From Chthoniobacteraceae bacterium (GTDB lineage Bacteria > Verrucomicrobiota > Verrucomicrobiia > Chthoniobacterales > Chthoniobacteraceae): DNA of 32,337 nt. The translations under genes and the position numbers were made by a program. Location: NCBI GenBank assembly GCA_031409335.1, contig JANNWY010000090.1, positions 1 through 32,337 on the forward strand. The letters run 5' to 3'. This document shows, in pieces, positions 9,980-19,365 of this stretch. The stretch's first letter is position 1. Every line of letters starts with the position of its first letter. The notes under the pieces are model-generated. The model had not been told where the DNA came from and made no database searches. It saw only the letters and a program-made list of their open reading frames with translations.

Positions 9980-10504
9980 TTAGAAAACAACGCGCACGCC
10001 GACCCGCACCTGGGCGCTGTCGTCGCTGCTGCCGGCCCATGTGTAGCGGCCTTCGGCAAAAAGGCCGAGCTTCTGCGGCGACACGCGGTATTCGAGGCCG
10101 CCACCGGCGCCGAAGGTCCCGGATGTTTCGCCGTTCGTCTGCACGCCGCCGGCGGCGAAGACGTAGGGCACGAGGCACGAAGAATCGATCGGGTATCGCG
10201 CGATGAGGCGTCCGTCGATGTTCCAGACAGCGCTCGAGTCGCCATCATAGAGGTTGCCCTCCACGCCGACGCCGAGATACCGCATGAAGAAATAGTTGAT
10301 TGCGAGACCGCCACCGAATCCATCCCCGTGTGCGGATGAGCGGCTGTCGGTGTAGCTGCCGAAAATGTCGAGTTGGAGTTCGACATCCTTGATGCACGGT
10401 TCGGCCATGCCTTTGTAATCTTTACCGCTGGCCATGGGCTGCCCGGCAAATGTGACGGTGGTGAGTGCAAGCGCGGAGAGTGCGCAAATTACGATGGTTT
10501 TCAT
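9980..10504 (-). CDS. Small outer-membrane beta-barrel protein
   Basis: ATG at 10504: MKTIVICALSALALTTVTFAG signal peptide, SGKDYK linker, amphipathic strands (GGGLAINYFF, PYVFAAGG, GAGGGLEYR), C-terminal Phe (RVGVRVVF). Confidence 0.85.
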   Translation of the reverse strand: MKTIVICALSALALTTVTFAGQPMASGKDYKGMAEPCIKDVELQLDIFGSYTDSRSSAHGDGFGGGLAINYFFMRYLGVGVEGNLYDGDSSAVWNIDGRLIARYPIDSSCLVPYVFAAGGVQTNGETSGTFGAGGGLEYRVSPQKLGLFAEGRYTWAGSSDDSAQVRVGVRVVF

Positions 10505-10673
10505 TTCAGGTTGGTTTGGTTTGATAGCGCGGCAATTGCGACGCTGGGTTGTTTCGCTAACGCGGTGAAGTTTTTGTGTAAAGGGAAAACTCCGACGCGG
10601 GCAGCGAGGGAAGCCTTTCCCGTGCTCAAGGAAACGGAACTTTCGGCTTTTTTCACATCGACGGATTTTCCGT

Positions 10674-10701
10674 TTGTCTTTCGATCGACCCACCGTAATG
10701 T
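10674..10701 (+). promoter_or_regulatory. Putative sigma70 promoter of the prs-rplY-pth-rpsF-ssb operon
   Basis: TTGTCT-N16-TAATGT followed by GC-rich CGCGCCCC; same architecture as the rpsL promoter. Confidence 0.5.
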
Positions 10702-10721
10702 CGCGCCCCTCTTTTCCCGTA

Positions 10722-11687
10722 ATGCTCCGCTCGTCGCCAGAGTTAAAGATTTTCACCGGTTCCGCGCATCGCGAACTGGCGCAGCGGATTTGCACGTTCA
10801 TCGGGGTCCCGCTGGGAGACGCGACGGTGGCCTCGTTTCCCGACGGCGAGACGTTTGTGAAGATCAATGAAAACATCCGCGGTCGCGATGTTTTCCTCGT
10901 GCAGCCGACGTGCCCGCCGACGAATCAAAACTTGATGGAACTGCTCATCATGGTGGATGCGGCGCGGCGTGCGAGCGCGGCGCGGATCACGGCGGTGATT
11001 CCATTTTTCGGCTATGCCCGGCAGGATCGGAAAGATCAGCCGCGCGTGCCGATCACGGCAAAGCTCGTCGCGAATCTGCTCACGGCTGCCGGGGTGGATC
11101 GGGTGCTAACGATGGATTTGCACGCGCAGCAAGTCGCGGGATTTTTCGATATTCCCGTCGATCACCTTTTCGCGTCGCCGGTATTGCTGCGATACCTTCG
11201 GACAAAAGAACTCGCCAATGCGATTGTCGTGTCACCCGATGTGGGCGGATTGAAAATGGCGTCGGCGTACGCACAGTCGCTCGGGATCGGACTCGCGATC
11301 GTAGCGAAGCGGCGGGTGAGCCCGACGGAAACGGAGGCGCTCAATATCATCGGTGAGGTGGATGGGAAGGACGTGATCCTCGTGGATGACCTGACGGAGA
11401 CTGCCGGCACGCTGACGAGCGCGGCGAAAATGTTGAGGGAAAACGGTGCGAGGAGCGTGATTGCGGGAGTTTCGCACGCGGTATTGTCCGACCTCGCGAT
11501 CGAGCGGCTGAACAAGTCGGACATCAAAGAGTTGATCACGACGAACAGCGTTCCCGTGCGTTCCGGTGAAGGTTTTCCGATCACATCGCTGTGCATCGCG
11601 GAATTGCTTGGCGAAGGCATCAAGCGCATCCACGATGACGAATCTGTCAGTTCCCTTTTTGAGATCAAAAAACACGAAAAAGAATAG
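10722..11687 (+). CDS. prs: Ribose-phosphate pyrophosphokinase
   Basis: FPDGETFVKINENIRG, YARQDRK, MDLHAQQ, VSPDVGG, VILVDDLTETAGTL. Start at ATG 10722 inferred. Confidence 0.97.
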   Translation: MLRSSPELKIFTGSAHRELAQRICTFIGVPLGDATVASFPDGETFVKINENIRGRDVFLVQPTCPPTNQNLMELLIMVDAARRASAARITAVIPFFGYARQDRKDQPRVPITAKLVANLLTAAGVDRVLTMDLHAQQVAGFFDIPVDHLFASPVLLRYLRTKELANAIVVSPDVGGLKMASAYAQSLGIGLAIVAKRRVSPTETEALNIIGEVDGKDVILVDDLTETAGTLTSAAKMLRENGARSVIAGVSHAVLSDLAIERLNKSDIKELITTNSVPVRSGEGFPITSLCIAELLGEGIKRIHDDESVSSLFEIKKHEKE

Positions 11688-11689
11688 CC

Positions 11690-12382
11690 ATGGCAAAACA
11701 ACTAAAACTATCGGCGCAGACTCGTTCCACCGTGGGACGTTCGGCGGTTAACAAAATCAAGGCGCAGGGACTCGTTCCGGCGACCATTTACGGCGGACAC
11801 GACAAGCCGGTGAATCTCTCGCTGAACAAGCGGGAAATCTCGACCCTGCTCTCGCGGGCAACCAGTGAGCACGTGCTGGTCGATCTCGAAATCGTGGACG
11901 GCGCGCAGAAAACCAGCCGCCTCGCGTTGATTCAGGAAGTGCAGCATCACCCGCTCAGGCGCGATGTGTTGCACGTCGATTTCCACGCCGTCCGGGCGGA
12001 TGAAAAGCTGCATGCGGAAATCCCCGTCGAACCGTTTGGCGAGCCTTCCGGCGTGAAAAATTTCGGCGGCATTTTGGAAATCGCGCTGCACTCGCTCGAG
12101 GTCGAGTGTCTGCCAAAGGATTTGCCGGACTTGATTCGCATCGACGTGACGGCGCTGAATGTCGGCGAGGCGATCCATGTGAAAGACATCACGCTTCCCG
12201 ACGGCGTCTTGGCCCGCGCCGATGGCGATCTCACCGTCGTCCGCGTGGCAGCTCCGAAGGTGGAAATCGAGCCTGTGGCCGCCGTTGCTGCCGCCGGTCC
12301 GGAAGTCATCAAGGAGAAGAAGGAAGACGCCGCGAAACCCGGTGCTGCTGCCGCCGCGAAACCCGCTGGCGACAAGAAATAA
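11690..12382 (+). CDS. rplY: 50S ribosomal protein L25 / general stress protein Ctc
   Basis: VPATIYG...QEVQHHP...LHVDF...GVKNFGGIL...ECLPKDLP; canonical prs-rplY-pth order. Confidence 0.96.
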   Translation: MAKQLKLSAQTRSTVGRSAVNKIKAQGLVPATIYGGHDKPVNLSLNKREISTLLSRATSEHVLVDLEIVDGAQKTSRLALIQEVQHHPLRRDVLHVDFHAVRADEKLHAEIPVEPFGEPSGVKNFGGILEIALHSLEVECLPKDLPDLIRIDVTALNVGEAIHVKDITLPDGVLARADGDLTVVRVAAPKVEIEPVAAVAAAGPEVIKEKKEDAAKPGAAAAAKPAGDKK

Positions 12383-12409
12383 TCCCGCTCAAACCGGGAC
12401 GCTCGATGA

Positions 12410-12982
12410 ATGTCTTCGCTGTCTGCACCTCCGTGTTTCCGCCTCCTCGTGGGGCTGGGAAATCCGGGACGCGAGTATGCCGAGACGCGGCATAACGTGG
12501 GCTTCATGATCGCCGACCGCCTCGCGGCAAAAAGCCGCGCTGTCTTCCGCACCGAGCGAGACTGGAAAGCGTCCATGTCCAAGTCCGACGATCTATTGCT
12601 CTGCAAGCCGCTCACCTTCATGAATCTGAGCGGTAAATCCGTGCGCGCCGTGAGCGACTTCTACAAGATCGCTCCCGCGGAAGTCCTGGTCGTCCTCGAT
12701 GACACGGCCCTTCCGCTGGGGCGGCTGCGGATTCGCCCCGAAGGCTCGGCTGGCGGTCATAACGGTCTCAAATCCGTGATCGAGCACCTCGGGACGAATG
12801 CGGTGCCAAGATTGCGCATCGGAATTGGTGAGGCGGAGCCGGGCGAGGCGATTGAGCATGTGCTTGGGCGTTTTGGCTTGGAGGAAAAGCCCGCCTTGGA
12901 GCAAAGTCTCGAACGCGCTGAGGCGGCGATCGCTTGTGCGATGGAGCGCGGACTGCAAGCCGCGATGAATTCTTACAACTAA
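12410..12982 (+). CDS. pth: Peptidyl-tRNA hydrolase
   Basis: LLVGLGNPG..Y..TRHNVGF, KPLTFMNLSG, GSAGGHNGLKS, RLRIGIG. Confidence 0.98.
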   Translation: MSSLSAPPCFRLLVGLGNPGREYAETRHNVGFMIADRLAAKSRAVFRTERDWKASMSKSDDLLLCKPLTFMNLSGKSVRAVSDFYKIAPAEVLVVLDDTALPLGRLRIRPEGSAGGHNGLKSVIEHLGTNAVPRLRIGIGEAEPGEAIEHVLGRFGLEEKPALEQSLERAEAAIACAMERGLQAAMNSYN

Positions 12983-13001
12983 CAAAACCAACCAAACTCA
13001 T

Positions 13002-13331
13002 ATGAAAAATCGTTACGAAGGACTTCTCGTCCTCAACATCAAAGGCAACGAAGACGGCGCGAAAGAAGTGATCGAGCGCCTCGAAGGGGAATTCAAAAAA
13101 GAGAAGGCCGACGTGGAGCAAGTCCAGCGTCTCGACCGCCGCAAATTCAGCTACGCCGCAGGTGCGCTGGACAGCGGCTACTACGTGAATTTCATTTTTC
13201 AAGCCGAGCCCGCCGCGTTGACCAAACTGAAGGCGAAATTCCAGCTCGACGAGCAAGTCTATCGGCAGAACTACCTCAAGCTCCGCGCGAAAAAGGCTGC
13301 GAAGGCTGTGAAGGCTGAAAAGGCTGCGTAG
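13002..13331 (+). CDS. rpsF: 30S ribosomal protein S6
   Basis: RYEGLLVL...RRKFSY...GYYVNFIF...; located between pth and ssb; KAAKAVKAEKAA tail. Confidence 0.9.
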   Translation: MKNRYEGLLVLNIKGNEDGAKEVIERLEGEFKKEKADVEQVQRLDRRKFSYAAGALDSGYYVNFIFQAEPAALTKLKAKFQLDEQVYRQNYLKLRAKKAAKAVKAEKAA

Positions 13332-13369
13332 TCCGCAGGCGCTTCCACACTTCAAAGTCATCCACTGAT

Positions 13370-13864
13370 ATGGCGAGTCTGAACAAGGTCATGCTGATCG
13401 GGAATCTGACCCGCGATCCCGAGATCAAATACACGCCGAAAGGCACCGCCATCGCGGACATCGGACTTGCGGTAAACCGGACCTACTCGACGGATTCCGG
13501 CGAGAAGCGCGAAGAAGTCACGTTCATCGACGTGACGCTGTGGGGCCGCGTCGCGGAAATTGTCGGGGAGTATTGCAAAAAGGGGCGTCCCCTTTTTGTG
13601 GAAGGCCGGCTTCAATTGGACACATGGGACGACAAACAAAGCGGACAGAAGCGCAGCAAGCTCAAAGTGGTGGGCGAAAACATCCAGTTGCTCGGCTCCC
13701 GCGAAGGCGGTGCCGGAGGCAGCGGTGGTGCCGGTGGTGAATCAAGCGAAGGCGGGCGCCCGGAAGCCCGTTCGTCGAGTTCCTTCAAAAAGCCAGCATC
13801 CCCACCGCCGCGGCCAGCCGCTGATCCGGATTTGGACACGGAAGGCGACGACATTCCTTTTTGA
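13370..13864 (+). CDS. ssb: Single-stranded DNA-binding protein
   Basis: NKVMLIGNLTRDPE..., EGRLQLDTW, Gly/Pro linker, DDIPF C-terminus. Confidence 0.99.
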   Translation: MASLNKVMLIGNLTRDPEIKYTPKGTAIADIGLAVNRTYSTDSGEKREEVTFIDVTLWGRVAEIVGEYCKKGRPLFVEGRLQLDTWDDKQSGQKRSKLKVVGENIQLLGSREGGAGGSGGAGGESSEGGRPEARSSSSFKKPASPPPRPAADPDLDTEGDDIPF

Positions 13865-13895
13865 GCCTCCCGAAGCAGTGATTCAGTCAGTCAAG

Positions 13896-13921
13896 AATGG
13901 CGTCTCCGGACGCCATTTTTT
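13896..13921 (+). terminator. Intrinsic terminator after ssb
   Basis: AATGGCGTC-tccg-GACGCCATT followed by a T-run; lies between convergent genes. Confidence 0.8.
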
Positions 13922-13928
13922 CTGTCGC

Positions 13929-14681
13929 CTACCGGCCCTGCGTTTTGCGGAGCGTGTAGGCTCCTTTGGCGATCATTTGGGCGATCGTCGTCTTCAAAAG
14001 TCGGGCGTCTTTGATCGCGTTTGCCGATGAAACCCGCAGTTCGTTCGTCACCCACGTGTTCTCGCTCCCGACGGTGCCCATCCGCAATTCACACGACATC
14101 CCGATCGCGTAGGTATTGATCGTGATATTCAAAGTCCCATATTCACTCGCCTTTCCCACCTGCGGACCCGACGGAAGCGGCTGAATATCGTAGCCCTTGA
14201 AAAGCTGGCCGAAACAATACGTGGCGAAGTCCTGAAGTTCGACCGTCGGATCTTTCAGCCCGAGCCGCGCCTTGCTGCCGATGATGACGACATCCACCGT
14301 GCTGAAATGCTGGATCTTCAGCAAATTGGGATACTTCGCCCGAATCGCCGGCACATCGACCTCCATCTGTTTCGGGGGAGCCGCCGGCGTCACTGGCGCG
14401 GATAAAGTAACGGGCATCACCTGCGCGGGCAGCGCCGAGGACTCAGGCGGCGGAGCGACCGTTTCGCCATCGGCTTCCGGCTCGGCGTGCAGCGGGATGG
14501 ACGCTCCGGCGATCACTACAGACAGCGTCGCGCAGACGACTTTCCCGATGCGCAGCGCGCGCGGGACGATCGATGTGTGTTTGTGATTTTGGAAGCTGAA
14601 CGGCAAGTGAAGCAAAAGTGGGTAGAGGCTGGTCGAAAGCGGCATTCCGGCTGGATTGCAGCCGTTACGATCCCTTAGCAA
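13929..14681 (-). CDS. Hypothetical exported protein (start uncertain)
   Basis: 250-aa ORF with signal-like segment (RALRIGKVVCATLSVVIAGASIPLHA), Pro/Ala linker, then a ~140-aa alpha/beta domain; fills the gap between ssb and the CotH gene. Confidence 0.6.
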   Translation of the reverse strand: MLRDRNGCNPAGMPLSTSLYPLLLHLPFSFQNHKHTSIVPRALRIGKVVCATLSVVIAGASIPLHAEPEADGETVAPPPESSALPAQVMPVTLSAPVTPAAPPKQMEVDVPAIRAKYPNLLKIQHFSTVDVVIIGSKARLGLKDPTVELQDFATYCFGQLFKGYDIQPLPSGPQVGKASEYGTLNITINTYAIGMSCELRMGTVGSENTWVTNELRVSSANAIKDARLLKTTIAQMIAKGAYTLRKTQGR

Positions 14682-14941
14682 TTTGAGTTCCCGGTAGCGG
14701 GGCGAAAAGCGTTGGCGACGGTTGTTCTGTCATCGAATGGTTATCCGGGGGGGATTTCCGCGCAGACTGTAGCGCGCGCGTTTCGTTGTTCAAGAGATTC
14801 GCGATAAACCTTCGCACCGCAAGAACGAGCTCCCGGATTGGCCAACCGAATCGCGGTCGAACTTGCGCAGCGCGATGCCAGGGTGTTGCTTCCGCGGGTG
14901 GCATCCTTCCAACTTTTGGGCCGCCGATTCCCCGTCTGACA

Positions 14942-17900
14942 TTGAGCAATCCAGATTTTCATCACCGCGCACTGCGCGTTTTCGCCGCGATCACTTCGGC
15001 GCTGCTCCTGCTTGCAAATAGTCCGCTACAGGCGGGCAACTATGCGCAGGCCTTCACAGGCGCCACCGTCGGTTCGACGGTCTTGGGCGATGGCACCACG
15101 ATCGCTTCGTCATCGAGCACCGGAGCGGTCGCGATTTGGGCGCAGAATAACAAGGCGCTTTTCCTGCAAACCGCGAGCGGAGGCAGTTCGGCCTCGTGGA
15201 AATTTGCCGACCTTGATCCGGGAAAAGCGATCCAGTCGTTTGATGCAACCTTCACCGCCGGGACCTACCGGACCAGCGCATCCGCCACCCCTGGCGCCGG
15301 CTGGTCGCTGAATTTCGGGCCGATTCCCGCTGGCAACGGCACCGGTGATGGAGGCTTCGTGGTGCCGAATGGCATCTTCATCGCGTGGGATGTTTTCAAC
15401 AACGGCAGCGGCGACAATCCCTCGATCGAGGTCTTCTGCAACAGCGTGAGCGTGGGCAATTTCCCTTCCGCCACACTGACCGATTCGCCACTGCCCGACA
15501 GCGGTGGTTTCACGCTGACAAATCCGGTCACCGCTGGCACGACCGCGCCGATTGCCCCGACCGCGAACGCAGCCTCGGTCGAGGCGGCGATGCGGCTGAT
15601 CGCAGGGTGGGAAGCGGTTACGGTCAGCGGTGCGGGAACCATCGGCTCGCCTTGGGTCGTCAATCATGGCGTGGTCGGTGCCTATTCCGATCCCATCAGC
15701 GATACGATCGGAATGGTGCCTGCGAACTCCGCTGTCACCGTCGCCAAGATCGTGCTCGGAAACGCCACCGCGAACGAGCAATGGAAATTCACGCAGCTCG
15801 CCTACCGCGGACGCGCGGTGTCGATCCACTGGGACTACGATGGGCTGGACGTCACCGTGAATGGCACCCCGGTTTTCACGAACCTCCCGACGCCGGGATT
15901 TGTGCCCGCAGCAGGCTACAAGTTCGCCTTCTCGTCGCGCTGCGAACCCTCCAACACGATGGATTTTTTCCTCGATAACGTCACCCTGGCGACCACGCAG
16001 GCAGTGCCCATCGAGACCGGCGGTCCGGTGATCTCGGAGTTCATGGCTGAGAATGCCAGCACCCTCGAAGATGAAGATGTCGATTCCCCGGACTGGATCG
16101 AGATCTACAACGGGCAAAGCACCGCCACAAATCTGGCTGGCTACCGCCTTACCAATCTCCAAGGCAATCACACCCTCTGGACGTTCCCTTCGATCACCCT
16201 CGCACCGTATGCCTACAAAATCGTGTATGCGTCCGCGAAAAACCGCACGATTGCCTCTGGCCAGCTTCACACCAATTTCACGCTGCAAAAGGAGGCCGGC
16301 TACCTTGCGTTGGTCAAGCCCGATGGAGTCACGATCGCGACGCAGTTGACCTACGGCCCACAGTTCGAGGACGTCTCATTTGGCGAGAAAGGACTGGCGC
16401 GGACGCTGGGCTACTTTCAAGCACCGACTCCCGGCCAGAAGACGGACTACAACGCAGCTCAAGCCACAAACGGGCCGGCGGAAGACGTCGTGTGGTCGCG
16501 CGTCGGCGGCATCATCACCGGAGCGACGGTCGTGACGATTGCCTCGCCGCTCACGGCAGGGTCCGTCGTGCGTTACACGCTCAATAACTCCGAGCCTAAC
16601 AGCGCATCCGCTATTTACAGCGCGCCGTTCAATGTCACCGCGAGTACGAATCTCCGCGCCAGGGTGTTCACTCCAGGCATGCTGCCGGGCGCGGTGAGCA
16701 GCCGGACATTCCTGCTCATCGACTCGTCACTCACGAATTACAGCGGTCCAGGCCAGGCATTCAGCTCGAACATTCCGGTCATCGTCTTCGACAGTTTCGG
16801 CACCGTGCTCGACGGTGAAAATGGCGGCGTGCGTCCCGATCGCTACACCTACGCCGTGGTCATCGACAAAGACCCACTCACCGGGCGCGCGAGCCTCACG
16901 GGCATTTCCGATTTTCAAGGCCGCGGAGCCACCCATGTCCACGGCGAAAGCTCCGCGGGTTTCGCGCAGCGATCGTATAACTGGGAGACTTGGGACAATG
17001 ACGGCCAGGACAAGGATGTCAGCCTCCTCGGAATTCCCGCAGGCTCGGACTGGGTGTTGCACGGACCGTTCTCAGACAAGTCATGCATGAGAAATCACCT
17101 GGTCTTTTCCATGATGAACGAAATGCGAACCGACTATCTCGCCTCGCGGTCGCGGTTGGTCGAAGTGTTCTTCAATCAGGGAGCCGGGCAGCCCGTCAGC
17201 TATGCGGACTATCGCGGCGTCTATACGCTCTTGGAAAAGGTCACGCGCGGGAAGAATCGCGTGGATGTTGCAAAGCTGAATGATCTCGTCACCAGCCCTG
17301 CCACTCTCAGCGGCGGATACATTTTCAAGCGCGACAAAGACGATGCCGGAGCGACCCCATGGACGACGTCGGGACCGTTTAGCATCGGAATGCAGTCCCA
17401 CGAGCCAGGCATCTACATCCCGTCGCAACTCAACGCTCTCTCGACCTACATCAACAACTTCCAGACGGCACTCAACGGCGCAAGCTTTGCCGACCCGGCG
17501 AGCGGTTATGCGGCGTGGATGGATGTCTCGTCGTTTATCGATGGCCAGCTCGCGGTGGAGCTGACCAAGCAGATCGACGGCTATGTCTTCAGCACCTACT
17601 GGCACAAAGACCGCGCCGGCAAGATTCGCGCGGGACCCATCTGGGATTTCAATATCGCGCTGGGCAACGCAAACTACGCGGAAGGCGAACGGGCGAACGG
17701 ATGGAACTATGACACGGTTGGCGTAAATTCGCTCGGCGTCGGCGGGCTTTGGTATCCCAGGCTGCATCAGGACGCATGGTATCGGTTGCGAACATTCGAT
17801 CGCTACTGGGAATGGCGCCGGTCGGTCGTGGCCACTGCGGCTTTTTCAGCTCGCGTGGATGCCGAGGTGGCGGCTTTGTGCGACGGCGGAAATCCGGCGC

Positions 17901-19342
17901 TTGTTACCGCGACCTCATCCACATCCATCCAAAGCCCTGCCGCGCGGCATTTTCGCAAGTACGTGGCGGGCTATCCCGGCATGGGCTCCAATCTTCTCGG
18001 AGGAGACTACTGGCCGAATCCGCCGGGGTTTGCATCGCGCACGACCTTCAAGGCTGAGATCGACTACCTGAAGAACTGGATGACTACCCGGCTCGCATGG
18101 ATGGACGATCAAAACTATACCGGGACCGTGATCTATCGTCCGCCGAATTTCAGCCGCTACGGCGGAAACGTCGCCACCGACTACCCACTCACGATGAGTG
18201 CCTACACCGGCACGCCGCCCGCGGGCTTCACCTATGCCACGGGCTCCATTCGCTATACCCTTGATGGCAGCGATCCGCGTGGCTTGAACAACGCGCCCTC
18301 TCCCACCTCGCTCACGTACGCTACACCTGTTGCTCTAGGTGGATCGGTGGTCGTCAAGGCGCGGCTGTATAACTCCGTCTCCGCAAGATGGTCCCCGCTG
18401 TCGTCCGGCATTTTCGTGGTCAATGCCGTCGTGGCCGGCGCCGCGAATATCGTCGTCTCCGAATTGAACTACGATCCTGCTCCACCGACCGCCGCCGAGA
18501 TCGCCGCCGGTTTTACCTCAGCCAATGACTTCGAATATGTCGAACTGCTCAACGTCAGCGGACAAAATGTCGATCTCAGCAATTGCCAGTTCACGGTCGG
18601 CGTGACGTTCGATTTCTCGATCGCCGATCCGACGACGCTCACCGTCCCGGCTGGCGGGCGCGTCGTGCTCGTCGATAACAAGAGCGCCTTCCTGTTCCGC
18701 CATGGAAACAATCCCGCGGTGAAGATCGCAGGCGAGTATTCCGGCAACCTGAACAATGGCGGCGAACGGATCGTCCTGCTCGCCGCGAATAGCGCGGTCA
18801 TCGCGGACTTCACCTACGCAGTCGCGGAGCCATGGCCGGTCGCTGCGAGCGGACCCGGTTACAGCCTCGTGCTGAACAACCCCGCGGCAGGCATCGACTA
18901 CACTAGCGCTGCCAACTGGCGCTCCAGCGCGCAAAACGGTGGCACCCCGGGACTCGCGAATGGGTCGGCATTTTCCGGCCAGGCCGATGGCGATACCGAC
19001 GGGGACGGTGCGAAGGATTTCTTCGAATACGCGAGTGGCTCGGACATGAACAGCGCGGCGTCCAGCTATCTGCCCATCGTTGCGATCGCGCCATTCAGCC
19101 TTATCACCGGCACGGAAAACTTTCTCAAGATGGAGTATCGCCGGAACCTTTCGGCGGATGGCTTCACCTTCCTCGTCCAGTGCAGCGATGACCTTGCGAC
19201 GTGGACGGGTGGCCCATCCGTGGTGACCTATGTCGGCACCCACAACAATGGCGACGGGACCGCGACCGTGACCTATCGCAGCACGCTGCCGGTTTCATCG
19301 GCCGGGCCGAAAATGTTCATCCAACTTGTCGCCCAGCCGTAA
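14942..19342 (+). CDS. Large secreted CotH-family kinase with lamin-tail domains and chitobiase/FN3-associated domains
   Basis: Signal peptide (ALRVFAAITSALLLLANSPLQA); LTD motifs VISEFMAEN..DWIEIYN and VVSELNYDP..FEYVELLN; RYTLNNSEP/RYTLDGSDP domains; CotH motifs YRGVYTLLEK, GPIWDFNIALGN; DTDGDG..DFFEY repeat. TTG start at 14942 inferred (ORF open from 14786). Confidence 0.88.
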   Translation: MSNPDFHHRALRVFAAITSALLLLANSPLQAGNYAQAFTGATVGSTVLGDGTTIASSSSTGAVAIWAQNNKALFLQTASGGSSASWKFADLDPGKAIQSFDATFTAGTYRTSASATPGAGWSLNFGPIPAGNGTGDGGFVVPNGIFIAWDVFNNGSGDNPSIEVFCNSVSVGNFPSATLTDSPLPDSGGFTLTNPVTAGTTAPIAPTANAASVEAAMRLIAGWEAVTVSGAGTIGSPWVVNHGVVGAYSDPISDTIGMVPANSAVTVAKIVLGNATANEQWKFTQLAYRGRAVSIHWDYDGLDVTVNGTPVFTNLPTPGFVPAAGYKFAFSSRCEPSNTMDFFLDNVTLATTQAVPIETGGPVISEFMAENASTLEDEDVDSPDWIEIYNGQSTATNLAGYRLTNLQGNHTLWTFPSITLAPYAYKIVYASAKNRTIASGQLHTNFTLQKEAGYLALVKPDGVTIATQLTYGPQFEDVSFGEKGLARTLGYFQAPTPGQKTDYNAAQATNGPAEDVVWSRVGGIITGATVVTIASPLTAGSVVRYTLNNSEPNSASAIYSAPFNVTASTNLRARVFTPGMLPGAVSSRTFLLIDSSLTNYSGPGQAFSSNIPVIVFDSFGTVLDGENGGVRPDRYTYAVVIDKDPLTGRASLTGISDFQGRGATHVHGESSAGFAQRSYNWETWDNDGQDKDVSLLGIPAGSDWVLHGPFSDKSCMRNHLVFSMMNEMRTDYLASRSRLVEVFFNQGAGQPVSYADYRGVYTLLEKVTRGKNRVDVAKLNDLVTSPATLSGGYIFKRDKDDAGATPWTTSGPFSIGMQSHEPGIYIPSQLNALSTYINNFQTALNGASFADPASGYAAWMDVSSFIDGQLAVELTKQIDGYVFSTYWHKDRAGKIRAGPIWDFNIALGNANYAEGERANGWNYDTVGVNSLGVGGLWYPRLHQDAWYRLRTFDRYWEWRRSVVATAAFSARVDAEVAALCDGGNPALVTATSSTSIQSPAARHFRKYVAGYPGMGSNLLGGDYWPNPPGFASRTTFKAEIDYLKNWMTTRLAWMDDQNYTGTVIYRPPNFSRYGGNVATDYPLTMSAYTGTPPAGFTYATGSIRYTLDGSDPRGLNNAPSPTSLTYATPVALGGSVVVKARLYNSVSARWSPLSSGIFVVNAVVAGAANIVVSELNYDPAPPTAAEIAAGFTSANDFEYVELLNVSGQNVDLSNCQFTVGVTFDFSIADPTTLTVPAGGRVVLVDNKSAFLFRHGNNPAVKIAGEYSGNLNNGGERIVLLAANSAVIADFTYAVAEPWPVAASGPGYSLVLNNPAAGIDYTSAANWRSSAQNGGTPGLANGSAFSGQADGDTDGDGAKDFFEYASGSDMNSAASSYLPIVAIAPFSLITGTENFLKMEYRRNLSADGFTFLVQCSDDLATWTGGPSVVTYVGTHNNGDGTATVTYRSTLPVSSAGPKMFIQLVAQP

Positions 19343-19365
19343 GGCTGTCGCGAATCCCTTCAGAC

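Noticed and set aside
13293..13328. 9-bp tandem AAGGCTGxx repeat
   Set aside because: Simply encodes the KAAKAVKAEKAA tail of S6.
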